Origin: Blastocatellia bacterium
GTDB taxonomy: Bacteria > Acidobacteriota > Blastocatellia > RBC074
Direction of reading: 5' to 3'
Length of the DNA stretch: 64,000 bases
Assembly (NCBI GenBank): GCA_035652435.1
Contig: DASRDU010000099.1
Span: forward strand, 130,453 to 194,452
The notes below the pieces were generated by a model. It had not been told where the DNA came from, did not search any database, and saw only the letters and a program-made list of their open reading frames with translations. Shown piece after piece: positions 49,933 to 60,028 of the stretch; position 1 is the stretch's first letter; each line of letters starts with the position of its first letter. A program made the translations under genes and the position numbers.

Positions 49933-51585
49933 ATGCAAAAAAGAACCGGTCTGATTCTGCTCTGCTGTCTGCTGGTGGCGGGAGTGGCGAATGGAAAAGG
50001 GAAAGCGTCGAAGGGCGCGCCCGCCGCCCTGAATAACCAGGTCAAAGTAGAAGGCGGAACGATTGCCGGTACGGCAGTCGGCGAGAAACAGGATGTCCGC
50101 GTTTACAAGGGCATTCCCTTCGCCGCGCCGCCGACGGGCAACCTGCGCTGGAAGGCTCCGCAACCGGTCGTCCCGTGGTCGGGCGTGCGCGACGCAACTC
50201 AGTTCAGCCCTGCCTGCCCGCAACCGGACACGCTGTCCCGACTGACCGGGCGAAAGCTCGGGCCGACCAGTGAAGATTGCCTGTGCCTGAACGTCTGGAC
50301 TCCGGCAAAGGCGGCGAACGAGAAATTGCCGGTGATGGTCTGGATTCACGGCGGCTCGTACATTGCCGGGGAAGGCTCGACTCCGAGTTATAACGGAGAA
50401 GCGCTGGCGCGGCAGGGAGCGGTTATCGTCACGATCAACTACCGCCTCGGCCCGCTCGGTTTCTTCGCGCACCCGCTGCTCTCGAAGGAGTCGGGGCACG
50501 ATTCATCGGGCAATTACGGGCTGCTCGATCAGATCGCGGCGCTGCAATGGGTCAGGAAAAACATCGCGGCGTTTGGCGGCGATGCGGCGCGAGTCACGAT
50601 CTTCGGTGAGTCAGCCGGCGCGGGGAGCATCTGTTACCTGATGGTTTCGCCGCTGGCCAAAGGACTCTTCCATCGCGCAATTGCCGAAAGCGGGTCCGCC
50701 TTCGGCCCGAATCGTCACCTGCGCGAAACGTGGTACGGGCAGGAGCCGATGGAGAAGGTGGGCGAACGCGTCGCGCGCGATTTCGGCTGCGATCAGGAGA
50801 AGGATCCGCTGGCCGCGTTGCGGGCGAAGAGTGCGGAAGAAATCCTGAAGGGGTCAAAAATGGCCTCGAATTTCTTCTTCGGCGGTGATGGAACTCACTT
50901 TGCCCCGATAGTTGACGGCTGGGTCGTGCCGGATGATCCGGGCGTAATCTTTGCTGCCGGGAAGCAGCACGCGGTTCCATTGATCGTCGGGTCGAACGCT
51001 GACGAAGGTACGATCTTCACGCTCACGGCGCCACAGATGGCCGCGATACAGTATCAGAAGTTGATGCGACAGCTATACCCGGAACGCGCCGATGAAATCC
51101 TCACGCTTTATCCGGCCTCCGGTGCCGCTGAAGTGAAGAGCGCAATCAACCGCCTGATCGGCGACGCGGCATTCATCGGCGGCGCGCGTTACTTCGCCAG
51201 CACGCAGAGCAGAGTCAGCAAAGCCTTCCTGTATCATTTCACCTGGGTGGCGCCGACTGCGCGCGGCAAAATGCTTGGGGCGTTTCACAGCTCAGAGATT
51301 CCGCACGTTTTCGGCACGCTGGACACGAGCGCCCTGAGTGAGGCTCAGAAAGCATCGCTGCCCTCCAGGGCGATGATGGAGGCGTGGGTGCGTTTCGCCG
51401 CCACCGGCGACCCAAACCCGAAGGGCGGAACACTCTGGCCGGTCTACGATGCGGCGAAAGATCAGCATCTGGAATTCGGCACTGAGGTTAAGGTGAAATC
51501 CGGGTTGCGAAAACAGCAGTGTGATCTGTTTGAGAAAATCGGCGTTGAGCGGCTGGCAAAACGCCGGCCGGGCACCGCGCATTAA
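49933..51585 (+). CDS. Carboxylesterase type B (alpha/beta hydrolase)
   Basis: Signal peptide. Oxyanion-hole region WIHGGSYIAGEG. Nucleophile elbow GESAGAGS. Length about 550 aa is typical. Confidence 0.88.
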   Translation: MQKRTGLILLCCLLVAGVANGKGKASKGAPAALNNQVKVEGGTIAGTAVGEKQDVRVYKGIPFAAPPTGNLRWKAPQPVVPWSGVRDATQFSPACPQPDTLSRLTGRKLGPTSEDCLCLNVWTPAKAANEKLPVMVWIHGGSYIAGEGSTPSYNGEALARQGAVIVTINYRLGPLGFFAHPLLSKESGHDSSGNYGLLDQIAALQWVRKNIAAFGGDAARVTIFGESAGAGSICYLMVSPLAKGLFHRAIAESGSAFGPNRHLRETWYGQEPMEKVGERVARDFGCDQEKDPLAALRAKSAEEILKGSKMASNFFFGGDGTHFAPIVDGWVVPDDPGVIFAAGKQHAVPLIVGSNADEGTIFTLTAPQMAAIQYQKLMRQLYPERADEILTLYPASGAAEVKSAINRLIGDAAFIGGARYFASTQSRVSKAFLYHFTWVAPTARGKMLGAFHSSEIPHVFGTLDTSALSEAQKASLPSRAMMEAWVRFAATGDPNPKGGTLWPVYDAAKDQHLEFGTEVKVKSGLRKQQCDLFEKIGVERLAKRRPGTAH

Positions 51586-51821
51586 AAGCAGAATGGAATA
51601 CGGATCAGGCGGATGCAGCGGATTAAAACGGATTGCCACAACTACAGGTAACGATCTGTCCTGATCTGTCCCGATCCATTTCATCCGTGTTCCATTCTTC
51701 CCTTTTCGATTTTTGCAACCCGCCATCAGGTCTGTTCGTAGTGATAGTCTTGAAGAGGCCCGGAAGTGGCGGCCCGAATGCTTCATCAGAAGCCTGGGGG
51801 GAAGCGCACAGGGCATCAACG

Positions 51822-52529
51822 ATGACCACTGTTCTGATTATTTCGGTTCTCTCCTTTTTCCTCCTGGCTGCAACAGCTGTTTTCTTTTCCCTTCAGCAGC
51901 GCAAACCCGAAGAAACATTTCATCACACATTCCCGCCGCGTGGTCGCCGATTGTTCGGCGAACCGGATGAAGCCAGTGCGCGCAGGATTCGGACGGAGCT
52001 TGAAGCGGCACAGAGACAATCGCAGCACGAAGCTCTGCTGGCGCGCGCGACGCAGGGTGATCTGTCTGCGCTCGACGATGCGCACGCGGGCAGTGATTCA
52101 GCGCTCTATCGCGAAGTGCTGAACACGCTGACCGGCTCGGCAACCGGCTCTTCTGATTCTGCTGACAGGCTGCGGGCGCTGGCCGCGCATATTGCGGGCA
52201 GCAATTCAATGCGTGCCAGCATTGAACTGGCGACGGGGATGATTGAGTTATGGAAACAGTCCCCCGACAAGCAACGCCTGGGCGGGATGCTGCACATCGC
52301 GGCCCTGGCGGATGACGCCGCGACCTATCAGCTGGCGGTGGAGGCCGCGCTTGAGCGATGGAGGAATAACAATTTACCCGATGTTTCAGCCGCTTACCTG
52401 CTCGCGCTGATTGAAAGCGAGAGCTGGGTCATCGCCTCGGAAGCGAGGCAGGCTGAAGCGAGTTTCGTTTTGAAACAGACCCTCAGCAACGTTCGCCGTG
52501 AGCTGGCCGCGAACACTCAGGAGCAGTGA
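51822..52529 (+). CDS. Hypothetical membrane-anchored protein immediately upstream of the flotillin-like gene
   Basis: TM segment MTTVLIISVLSFFLLAATAVFF, then an Ala/Leu-rich soluble region. Possible operon partner of the SPFH gene. Not a recognisable NfeD. Confidence 0.45.
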   Translation: MTTVLIISVLSFFLLAATAVFFSLQQRKPEETFHHTFPPRGRRLFGEPDEASARRIRTELEAAQRQSQHEALLARATQGDLSALDDAHAGSDSALYREVLNTLTGSATGSSDSADRLRALAAHIAGSNSMRASIELATGMIELWKQSPDKQRLGGMLHIAALADDAATYQLAVEAALERWRNNNLPDVSAAYLLALIESESWVIASEARQAEASFVLKQTLSNVRRELAANTQEQ

Positions 52530-52607
52530 CAAGCCTCATATCGAGTGACCAGGGCTTTGCTTCTGATCTCGTCAACCAATCGCCAGCCTTCTGGAGGATC
52601 ACAAACA

Positions 52608-54773
52608 ATGGAAATCTTTTTCCTGATCTCTGGTCTGGTCGTCGTAGTGTTTCTGCTGACACTCGTGACCCGCTTCTTCATCAACGTCGGCGCGCGCGAA
52701 ATCGCGATCAAGGAGCGCCGCTACACCGGTCGGAAGATGCCGCCCGGCCGCGTCGTCGCAACCGAAGGCGAAGTCGGCATTCAGGCCGACGTGCTGAAGC
52801 CCGGACTGCATTTCATCAGGTGGCCGTTTGAGCGCGTGGTCAGAAAAGTTCCGCTCGTCGAGATCGGGGCGGATGAGCTTGGCGTGATCGAAGCGGTTGA
52901 CGGCGAGCCGCTGCAACCGGGCCGCATCTTCGCGCCGGATCGCGCGATGAACGCGCACAATAACTTTCAGGACCCGATTGCGTTCATCAAACAGGGCGGC
53001 GTCAAGGGCATTCAGCTGCGCACGCTGCCGCCGGGCCTCTGGCCGATTCACCCGTACCTGTTCCGCGTTTCGATTGCGAAAACGACCGTCATCCCACAGG
53101 GCAAAGTGGGCGTGATCACCGCGGCGGACGGCGGCCCGCTCGATCCGGGCAGGCTGCTCGGCAAGGCGATTGACGGACATAAGAACTTTCAGGATGCTGA
53201 ACAGTTCGTCGCCTCCGGCGGCCAGAAAGGCCCGCAGGTGGAAATCCTGACGCCGGGCACTTATCGCATCCTGACTGCTTCGATCCAGCTCGAAGATCAG
53301 AAGGAGATCAAGGCCGGGTTGTTCACGGTGCAGCTTTTCGAAGCGATGATCATTCCCGAAAACACGGTCGGTCTGGTCGAAGCGCTCGACGGCGCGCCGC
53401 TCAACCCGAAGGATTACGTGGCGACGCCGTTTGAAGGCCACGACAACTTTCAGGACGGTAATGAATTCATCCGCAGCGGCGGTCAGCGCGGCCCGCAGAA
53501 AGACATCCTGCTGCCCGGCACGTATTACATCAACCCGCTGCTTTTCAAAATCATTCCTGAGAAAGCGGGCGAAGTGAAACCGGGTGAAGTCGCCGTGATC
53601 GTCTCGAACGTCGGCAAAGACGCTTCGGACGAAATTCGCCGCCGAATGGCCGAGAAAGTCCGTCAGCGGCTCGAACGCGAAGAGCAGGAGCAGATCGCGA
53701 ACGCCGCGGCGCGGCTCGATCAGCTGGAGGAAAGCAATCGCACCGTCGAAGAGATCAGGCAGGAACTGCTGATGGGCGACCCGATGGATCGCCGGCTCGA
53801 TGCCGGCGCGCACGAGGCTTACGTCGTGCCGGACGGTTATCGCGGCATTCAGGAAACGGTTGTCGGCCCCGGCAAGTATTACGTCAATACGCTGGCCGTC
53901 ACCCCGGTGATCATTCCGACCACCAACCAGACCGTCGAATGGACGACGGAGCAGGTCGTCAACACGTTCAACCCTTTCGAGGTGATTTCCAAGGACGGCT
54001 TCACGATGCAGCTTGAGGTGCGCGTCGTGTTCCGCGTCAAGCCCGAGGACGCGCCGTTTATGGTCGCGAAAATCGGTTCGATTGAGCGGCTGATCCAGAA
54101 CGTCATGCACCCGCTGATTGACTCGATCTTCCGCAACCAGGCTTCGGAATCTTCGGCGATGGCTTATCTTCAGAACCGCCACGAGGAGCAGGAGCGCGCC
54201 GAGGCGCGCGTCAGGGCACACCTGCTCAAATACCACGTTGACGTGGTGAACGTGCTGATCTGCCACATTCATCTGCCCGAGGAGCTGATGAAGACGCAGA
54301 CCGAGAAGATTCTGGCCGAACAGCGGCAGGCGATGTTCAATGCCCAGCGCGAGGCCGAGGAGAAGCGCATCCAGCTCGAAAAGACCAAAGCGCATGCGGA
54401 CAACCAGAAAGACCTGATGGCCGCGACCGTCGGCGTCGAAATCTCGGGCAAGCGCGCCGAACAGCGCAAAGCCGAGGCTGATGGTGAGGCGCATTACATT
54501 CTCGCCACTGGTAAGGCTGAATCTGAAAAGGTGCGCCTGATGGGTGAAGCCCAGGGCGTGGCTTACCGCGAACAGGTCAATGCGCTCGGTGCGAACGGCG
54601 TGGCGCTGGTTGAGACGCTCAAGGTGATCGGCGAGAAGGGCGTGAGGATTACGCCTGACGTGCTGGCTTCGGGGGGCAACGGTGACGGCGCCGGAGGCCT
54701 GGGGACGCTGCTGCTGCTGAATCTGTTCCGTGATCAGATGAAGCAGAACGGTTCAGGCGGATCGAAACAGTAG
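52608..54773 (+). CDS. Flotillin-like SPFH/band-7 family protein with a triplicated ~85-aa N-terminal module
   Basis: GGAGGA, then ATG at 52608, then an N-terminal TM segment (FFLISGLVVVVFLLTLV) followed by PGLHFIRWPF. Three tandem repeats of the pattern DGxPLxPG...HxNFQD...F..GGQKGPQ..IL.PGTY. Long coiled-coil E/R/K-rich flotillin region. Gly-rich C-terminus. Confidence 0.8.
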   Translation: MEIFFLISGLVVVVFLLTLVTRFFINVGAREIAIKERRYTGRKMPPGRVVATEGEVGIQADVLKPGLHFIRWPFERVVRKVPLVEIGADELGVIEAVDGEPLQPGRIFAPDRAMNAHNNFQDPIAFIKQGGVKGIQLRTLPPGLWPIHPYLFRVSIAKTTVIPQGKVGVITAADGGPLDPGRLLGKAIDGHKNFQDAEQFVASGGQKGPQVEILTPGTYRILTASIQLEDQKEIKAGLFTVQLFEAMIIPENTVGLVEALDGAPLNPKDYVATPFEGHDNFQDGNEFIRSGGQRGPQKDILLPGTYYINPLLFKIIPEKAGEVKPGEVAVIVSNVGKDASDEIRRRMAEKVRQRLEREEQEQIANAAARLDQLEESNRTVEEIRQELLMGDPMDRRLDAGAHEAYVVPDGYRGIQETVVGPGKYYVNTLAVTPVIIPTTNQTVEWTTEQVVNTFNPFEVISKDGFTMQLEVRVVFRVKPEDAPFMVAKIGSIERLIQNVMHPLIDSIFRNQASESSAMAYLQNRHEEQERAEARVRAHLLKYHVDVVNVLICHIHLPEELMKTQTEKILAEQRQAMFNAQREAEEKRIQLEKTKAHADNQKDLMAATVGVEISGKRAEQRKAEADGEAHYILATGKAESEKVRLMGEAQGVAYREQVNALGANGVALVETLKVIGEKGVRITPDVLASGGNGDGAGGLGTLLLLNLFRDQMKQNGSGGSKQ

Positions 54774-54854
54774 AACGAAACCCGGCGGACAGGGGGAAGC
54801 ATGGTGGCAACATCTGATCATCTTCCCCATGTCCCCGGGCTGGTTTTCTCCCTT

Positions 54855-55826
54855 TCAATATTTCTCTTCCGGCTGCCCTTCAAATTTCTTCGGGTTGATC
54901 GGGCGATTGATCTCAAAATCCCTGATCTCCAGTTCTTCGATGACGCGGCCGTTCAGCACGACGGTCAGGCGATGAGGCAGGAGAACGCCCGCAACCTGCC
55001 GATGATCCGAAAAGCGCAGGTGCATTTCCTGGCGCTGCGGGGGCTTTGCTCTGGCTTTTCTTTCCTGTCTCGCTTTCAGATAAGTGTCGCGAATGTATCT
55101 CGCACTGACGCTCGCGACTTCCACAATGACGGTCTCCCGCGGCGCTTCAACATAAGAGAATACTATCGCGAGCGGCAGGTGCGTCTTCTGATCGAGCAGC
55201 AGCAGCGGTCGGAAAGCGTCATTCCCGACCAGGATGGCATCTGCCGGCCGGTTTTCATAATCCACCTGACCCGCGTAGATCAGTTCGACCGGAAATGACG
55301 GCGGCGTTCGCAGCAGCCAGCCCAGCGTGTAAAACGAGATTTGCGCTCGCGCCGTCTCCGCCTGTCTGGCATAACTTTCCGTGACGTCCGACACGTCAAT
55401 CACGCGGCGATCCTTTTGCGAAGTTTGCGGCGGCAGAGGCGGATTGCGCCACGCCCGGTCGCCATTGAGGACTTCGGCGTAAGTGTATCCGAAGCCCGTC
55501 AGCGTGGAACTCGAAACCTGCTTCCTGAATCTGTCCGGGAACAGAAAATCAACTTCGACTTTCCCCGACACGGTTTTCTCCCTGTCCCTGACTTCGGTGG
55601 GCGAAGTGACGACGGCATACTTCATGAATTGGCGCAGTTTGCCCGAAGCCGAAAGGCTCTGCACTTTGCCTAACGCGTCTTCGCCGCCCAGTGCCATGCG
55701 CGACTGTCTGAGCAGTTCCTGGGCGCGGGCTGACAAAGCTGCTTTGTCAGGAACGTGATCCTGCGCCAGAGTGGCGAGCGACCCGAGCAGCACAAGCGCA
55801 CACACGAGGACAGGTCGGCAACGCAT
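54855..55826 (-). CDS. Hypothetical secreted protein
   Basis: The signal peptide MRCRPVLVCALVLLGSLATLAQ starts at the ATG at 55826. No recognisable motifs. The listed ORF extends 75 codons further upstream. Confidence 0.5.
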   Translation of the reverse strand: MRCRPVLVCALVLLGSLATLAQDHVPDKAALSARAQELLRQSRMALGGEDALGKVQSLSASGKLRQFMKYAVVTSPTEVRDREKTVSGKVEVDFLFPDRFRKQVSSSTLTGFGYTYAEVLNGDRAWRNPPLPPQTSQKDRRVIDVSDVTESYARQAETARAQISFYTLGWLLRTPPSFPVELIYAGQVDYENRPADAILVGNDAFRPLLLLDQKTHLPLAIVFSYVEAPRETVIVEVASVSARYIRDTYLKARQERKARAKPPQRQEMHLRFSDHRQVAGVLLPHRLTVVLNGRVIEELEIRDFEINRPINPKKFEGQPEEKY

Positions 55827-56075
55827 GATGAGGTTTTCTTTTGCAGTATTTCCAGCGGTCACAAGCCTGATGACTCCGGCAAAGCCAAACCCGTTGATAT
55901 TCGCGAGTGTAGCCGCCCTGACGCGGGGTTGTCCAATCATCGGAAGGCGCCACCGCGGCTGCGGGCAACCACCATTACCGGAACCGCCGGAAGAAGGCAT
56001 CTGCCACGTAATCATCGGCACAGCAAAAACCGGAAAGAGGGCAATGATCAACAGCGCTGCCGTTGTGAGAAAAGT

Positions 56076-57851
56076 CTACGGAAGGATGGCATAATCAGGT
56101 TTGTAATCAACCATTACTTCAAAAATTCGAGGCCAGGGCAGGTGAATCTGCAGGTCATTCAGGCCGTTAAGTCTGATTGACCGCCCCTGACCATCGTAAA
56201 TCGCCAGCGGATAAGTCCGGCCTTTGAAGTGGTCGGCGAAGAATTTTTCAATCAGCGGGCGCAGCCGCTCTTCAACCTGGCGATTGATCCGGACGTACGT
56301 TTCAGGAGTAAATTCATCGGTCGGATCGGTCGGGTCCTTTCGCAACTCGCTTTCGATCCCGAGGCGCACGATGTCACGGTAGAGGTAATCGCCCGCGAAG
56401 CGGTGCAACAGAAATGAATAGTGCGCCGCGGTCGCGCGCGCGTTTCGTTCGGCGGTATCGTTAAGCCAGCGGCTGAAGAAGACGCGCATATTCGCCGCCG
56501 TAATCGCCGTGCCGAGTGTATTGCCTGCAGTATCCCGGGCGGCGAAGGCCGTGAGCTTATCAACCACGTTATCGCGACTGAGCGCCCTGACGATTCGCTC
56601 ATCGGCACCGCCGTGATGCGGGGCAGGGAACAACACGTCGGCGAGCGCGACGGGGTTGCCGGCCTTCAGGTCGGCGATCATGCGCCCGAGGAAAGCGTCG
56701 AATTCCCTTTCATCTGTCTCAGGCGCGTTGACGTAAAGCGTGTAATCAGCTTTCGCTGGATCGTCCGCGAGCGAGCCGCCCGCGGCTCTGATCTGATTTT
56801 CGACCGTGAACTCGAGCGGGTGATCTTCAGAAGACACAACCACTGTGCGGCTGTTTTCGGATGAATAAACGACCGCGACTTTGACGGTGACGCGGAATTT
56901 ATTCAGCACCGCGCGGCTGACGAGTGACAGCGCGCCCGCGTCGGCGCCGTTGTAAATCGGGACGCGCGATTCGAGTTTGTGAGATCGAAGTTTGGCACTT
57001 AATACTTCCCGGGTCTGGCGGTGCAATCCGTACAGGCGCGCATCGCCCTGAAGCAGAATCAGTGAATCAACTGCGCCCTCACTCGCCAGATCAATCATGG
57101 CCAGATTGACCTGCAGATCGCGTTTGTGCGCCCTGCGGTAATCTTCGATCAGCTTCGGATCAATTCCCTTCTCAAGCTCCCCAAGTTCCGCCGCCAGCTT
57201 TGCCCTCTCCGCCGCATCCCTTGTTTTCATCGCGCGGTCCTTCAGTTCCGACCAGCGCGCCAGCTTGTCGCGCCCCGCCCGATTATTCGCCCCGGCCGTC
57301 GGCGCAACGCCCATGATCGTATTGAAGGCGTAAACCGGAATATTCGGATGCGCCTGCTTGAACCAGCGAAAAAACTCCAGTCGCTGCTTTGCTTCATCGA
57401 ATGGGACTCGCGGCAGGCGCGAAGCGGTCAGCCCACCGTAAGCCAGCATGTCAACTGACACCACCAGGGCATCTACCTTCGTGTAATCCTGCGCCCGCAG
57501 CCATTCATCAATCAGCGCCGCGTTGCCCGGCGTCGTGAATCGTCCGAGCATTTCCGGCGGCGGTGTAACGACGCGATGATCCGCAATCGCTCCGACCATC
57601 TGCGCGAACTGCGTGGCCGCCGGGCGGTCATCAGCGGGGACCAGCATGATAAATCCGGCCGGGCCGGTCGCCATCCCCGGGCGCATCGGTTTCATGGGCT
57701 TCAGTTCAGGGTGTTGTAACTTTTCCCGCTGACTTTGTCCGGGCTGACCCTGTCCGCTTTGCGCGCGGGACAGGAGAGCGTGAGATGTGCAGATGAAGAG
57801 TGGAAGGAGGCAGAAGATAATTCGATGACGATAGTCTGATCCGGATCGCAA
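56076..57851 (-). CDS. Hypothetical secreted protein (591 aa)
   Basis: N-terminal hydrophobic MRSGSDYRHRIIFCLLPLFICTSHALLSRAQS. No catalytic motifs recognised. Confidence 0.5.
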   Translation of the reverse strand: MRSGSDYRHRIIFCLLPLFICTSHALLSRAQSGQGQPGQSQREKLQHPELKPMKPMRPGMATGPAGFIMLVPADDRPAATQFAQMVGAIADHRVVTPPPEMLGRFTTPGNAALIDEWLRAQDYTKVDALVVSVDMLAYGGLTASRLPRVPFDEAKQRLEFFRWFKQAHPNIPVYAFNTIMGVAPTAGANNRAGRDKLARWSELKDRAMKTRDAAERAKLAAELGELEKGIDPKLIEDYRRAHKRDLQVNLAMIDLASEGAVDSLILLQGDARLYGLHRQTREVLSAKLRSHKLESRVPIYNGADAGALSLVSRAVLNKFRVTVKVAVVYSSENSRTVVVSSEDHPLEFTVENQIRAAGGSLADDPAKADYTLYVNAPETDEREFDAFLGRMIADLKAGNPVALADVLFPAPHHGGADERIVRALSRDNVVDKLTAFAARDTAGNTLGTAITAANMRVFFSRWLNDTAERNARATAAHYSFLLHRFAGDYLYRDIVRLGIESELRKDPTDPTDEFTPETYVRINRQVEERLRPLIEKFFADHFKGRTYPLAIYDGQGRSIRLNGLNDLQIHLPWPRIFEVMVDYKPDYAILP

Positions 57852-58109
57852 GATGGCCTCGAAATACGGGGCGATTGTTAGGCAACGGGGATGCCTCTCC
57901 TGCTGACGCAGGGCGGAAAATGTTCGGGGGTGCCCTGTCCTGGCGGAAGCTGTTTTATACCTTTGCGGGTCGGAGGCGTCAAGCAGATCGCTGATTGCAG
58001 ATTCCCGGCCCGGAACTTATAATTCGCAGCCGAAGTCGTCAGGAAAGCCGCCGGAGCCTTCACTTCACCAGATACTTCGCGCAGAGTTCACCTGAGGATT
58101 ATATTCACG

Positions 58110-59003
58110 ATGAGTAATCCCGTTATTTTACGTTTCCGTCAGCGCCGCGCCGCGCGACTCGAGCGTCGTCTCGAGCGGCGCGGGCAACGGCCCCTGATCA
58201 GACAAAAGCTCGCGGCCTTTCTGCACACCGCCGCACTCGAACCTTATCAGTTTGAAATCACCCACCAGCCGATCAGGATTCCCCGGCTGCCCGCTGAATT
58301 TCACGGTTTCCGCATCGTCCAGCTTTCGGACGTCCATCACAGTTCATTCCTCGATGAAGCCAATATTGCCGAGGCTGTGCGCCGCGCCAACGCGCTCGAA
58401 CCCGACCTGATCGCGCTGACCGGTGATTACATTTCGCACGCTACAGACTACATCGCCGGGTGCGCGCGGGTACTCGGGCAACTCCGGGCATCACACGGGG
58501 TCTTCGCCGTGCTGGGCAATCACGACCATTGGACGGATGGTGCGATGATGGCTGAAGCTTTGGAGGCTGAAGGCATCCGCGTGCTGTGCAACGAACACAC
58601 CCGGATTCATCGCGGTCGGGCGAATCTGTGCGTGGCCGGAATTGATGACGTCATGGTCAAACGCGACGACCTGCCGGCCGCACTCGCGGGCACGACCTGC
58701 GAAGAAGCGCGCGTCCTGCTCGCCCACAACCCGGCCATCATTCGCGAAGCCGCGCGCGCCGGAGTGGATCTGGTCCTTTCCGGCCACACGCACGGCGGTC
58801 AGATCAACTGGCAACTGCTGACCGGAAAAAAAGACACGCCCCTCAGACGCTGGCTCCAGCGCCCCAGCCGCCGCTTCCTGCGCGGACACGCGGTTCTCGG
58901 TTCCACTCAGCTTTACGTCAATCGCGGCCTCGGCACGGTGGTCGTGCCGCTGCGCTACGGCTGCCCGCCGGAAATCACTTTGCTTGAACTGCAGAAGCGG
59001 TGA
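58110..59003 (+). CDS. Calcineurin-like metallophosphoesterase (YkuE-like)
   Basis: Metal-binding motifs LSDVHH, GDYISH, GNHD, LAHNP, GHTHGGQ. Confidence 0.85.
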   Translation: MSNPVILRFRQRRAARLERRLERRGQRPLIRQKLAAFLHTAALEPYQFEITHQPIRIPRLPAEFHGFRIVQLSDVHHSSFLDEANIAEAVRRANALEPDLIALTGDYISHATDYIAGCARVLGQLRASHGVFAVLGNHDHWTDGAMMAEALEAEGIRVLCNEHTRIHRGRANLCVAGIDDVMVKRDDLPAALAGTTCEEARVLLAHNPAIIREAARAGVDLVLSGHTHGGQINWQLLTGKKDTPLRRWLQRPSRRFLRGHAVLGSTQLYVNRGLGTVVVPLRYGCPPEITLLELQKR

Positions 59004-59075
59004 AGCCGAAATCGGGCAGCGGGCGCAGCCTCAGCGAGGCAGGCTGAGACTGACAGCGCAACCCCCCGGGCTGAC

Positions 59076-59636
59076 TCACTCTTCTCCATTCACTGCAACA
59101 GCCTCATCACCATACCGTCGCCGCCGGAATTCTCTGATCTGACCGGCCGTGAACAAACGACGATGACCCAGACTGCGCTTCGGGCGCAGCTCTCCATTCT
59201 GGCAGTAACCGAGCAGCGTCAACTGTCCCACCCCGAGCATCCGTGCTGCTTCCGGTTCGCTCAATTCAACATCGTCGCTGAGGTCGGCAAAAGAGCCTGA
59301 ACACTCGTGAATCGCCGCCCCCAGCGGCGTCGCCCAGAACAGCGCCGGGATCTCGCCTTCGTGACTCGGAGCCTTGCCGAAAAGAATTCGCAGCAGCTGT
59401 TTGCAGGTGCTGTAAACGTCCGGGACTTCACGAATGCCAGCGGCGTGATCAAATGCATCGCGCATCATCTGAGCCAGCGGACACGTGCTGGTCTGCTCAA
59501 TGGTCGGGGACTTGATTTCAGAACCGGGCAGGATCAGTTGCGCGATCACCCAGCGCGCTTCGTGAAAAACACGACTGACTTGGGCGCGAATGTCATCTTC
59601 GATTTCCCGGGGCGTGAACTCAAACGATTTTTTCAT
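59076..59636 (-). CDS. Hypothetical protein with C-terminal excisionase-type helix-turn-helix
   Basis: LSEPEAARMLGVGQLTLLGYCQNGELRPKRSLGHRRLFTAGQIREF matches the HTH_17/excisionase-family DNA-binding pattern. Start at the ATG at 59636. The listed ORF extends 16 codons further upstream. Confidence 0.55.
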   Translation of the reverse strand: MKKSFEFTPREIEDDIRAQVSRVFHEARWVIAQLILPGSEIKSPTIEQTSTCPLAQMMRDAFDHAAGIREVPDVYSTCKQLLRILFGKAPSHEGEIPALFWATPLGAAIHECSGSFADLSDDVELSEPEAARMLGVGQLTLLGYCQNGELRPKRSLGHRRLFTAGQIREFRRRRYGDEAVAVNGEE

Positions 59637-59639
59637 AAT

Positions 59640-60028
59640 TGAGCGTCTGCTCTGCAATGCCGCAATCTGCTCTGACCGTAGCACGGCCCGTCACTTACTG
59701 TAAACGTCAAACAGTTATTGTAAAAATCCAAAATAATTGATGAATATCAGAAGCTCTGACCATTTTTGATAAAAGTTTCTATGAAAATCTGGCCGTTCGG
59801 CACTCTGATCTCCAGAAAACCAAATGAAATTCATAAAAATGGATGAAGTAAACAAATTTCCGTATGTAGGAGTCCCATAAGTTTCCTAGTTACAACACCA
59901 GATGGTATAGAGTCCATCGGCATAAGACTTGCACACTTATAAGAATTCACCGAATTTACATTTTGGAACCGAATCGGAATTTCTGATTCCATCAACACAA
60001 AAGCCTATCAAAACAGGAGGTAACTACC
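59640..60028 (+). promoter_or_regulatory. About 390-bp AT-rich leader/promoter region upstream of the TonB-dependent receptor
   Basis: Roughly 35-40% GC against a mid-60s % background. Multiple A/T tracts and short direct repeats (GAATTTC, CGAATCGGAATTTCTGATTCC). Ends with AGGAGG 8 nt before the TTG start. Confidence 0.5.
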
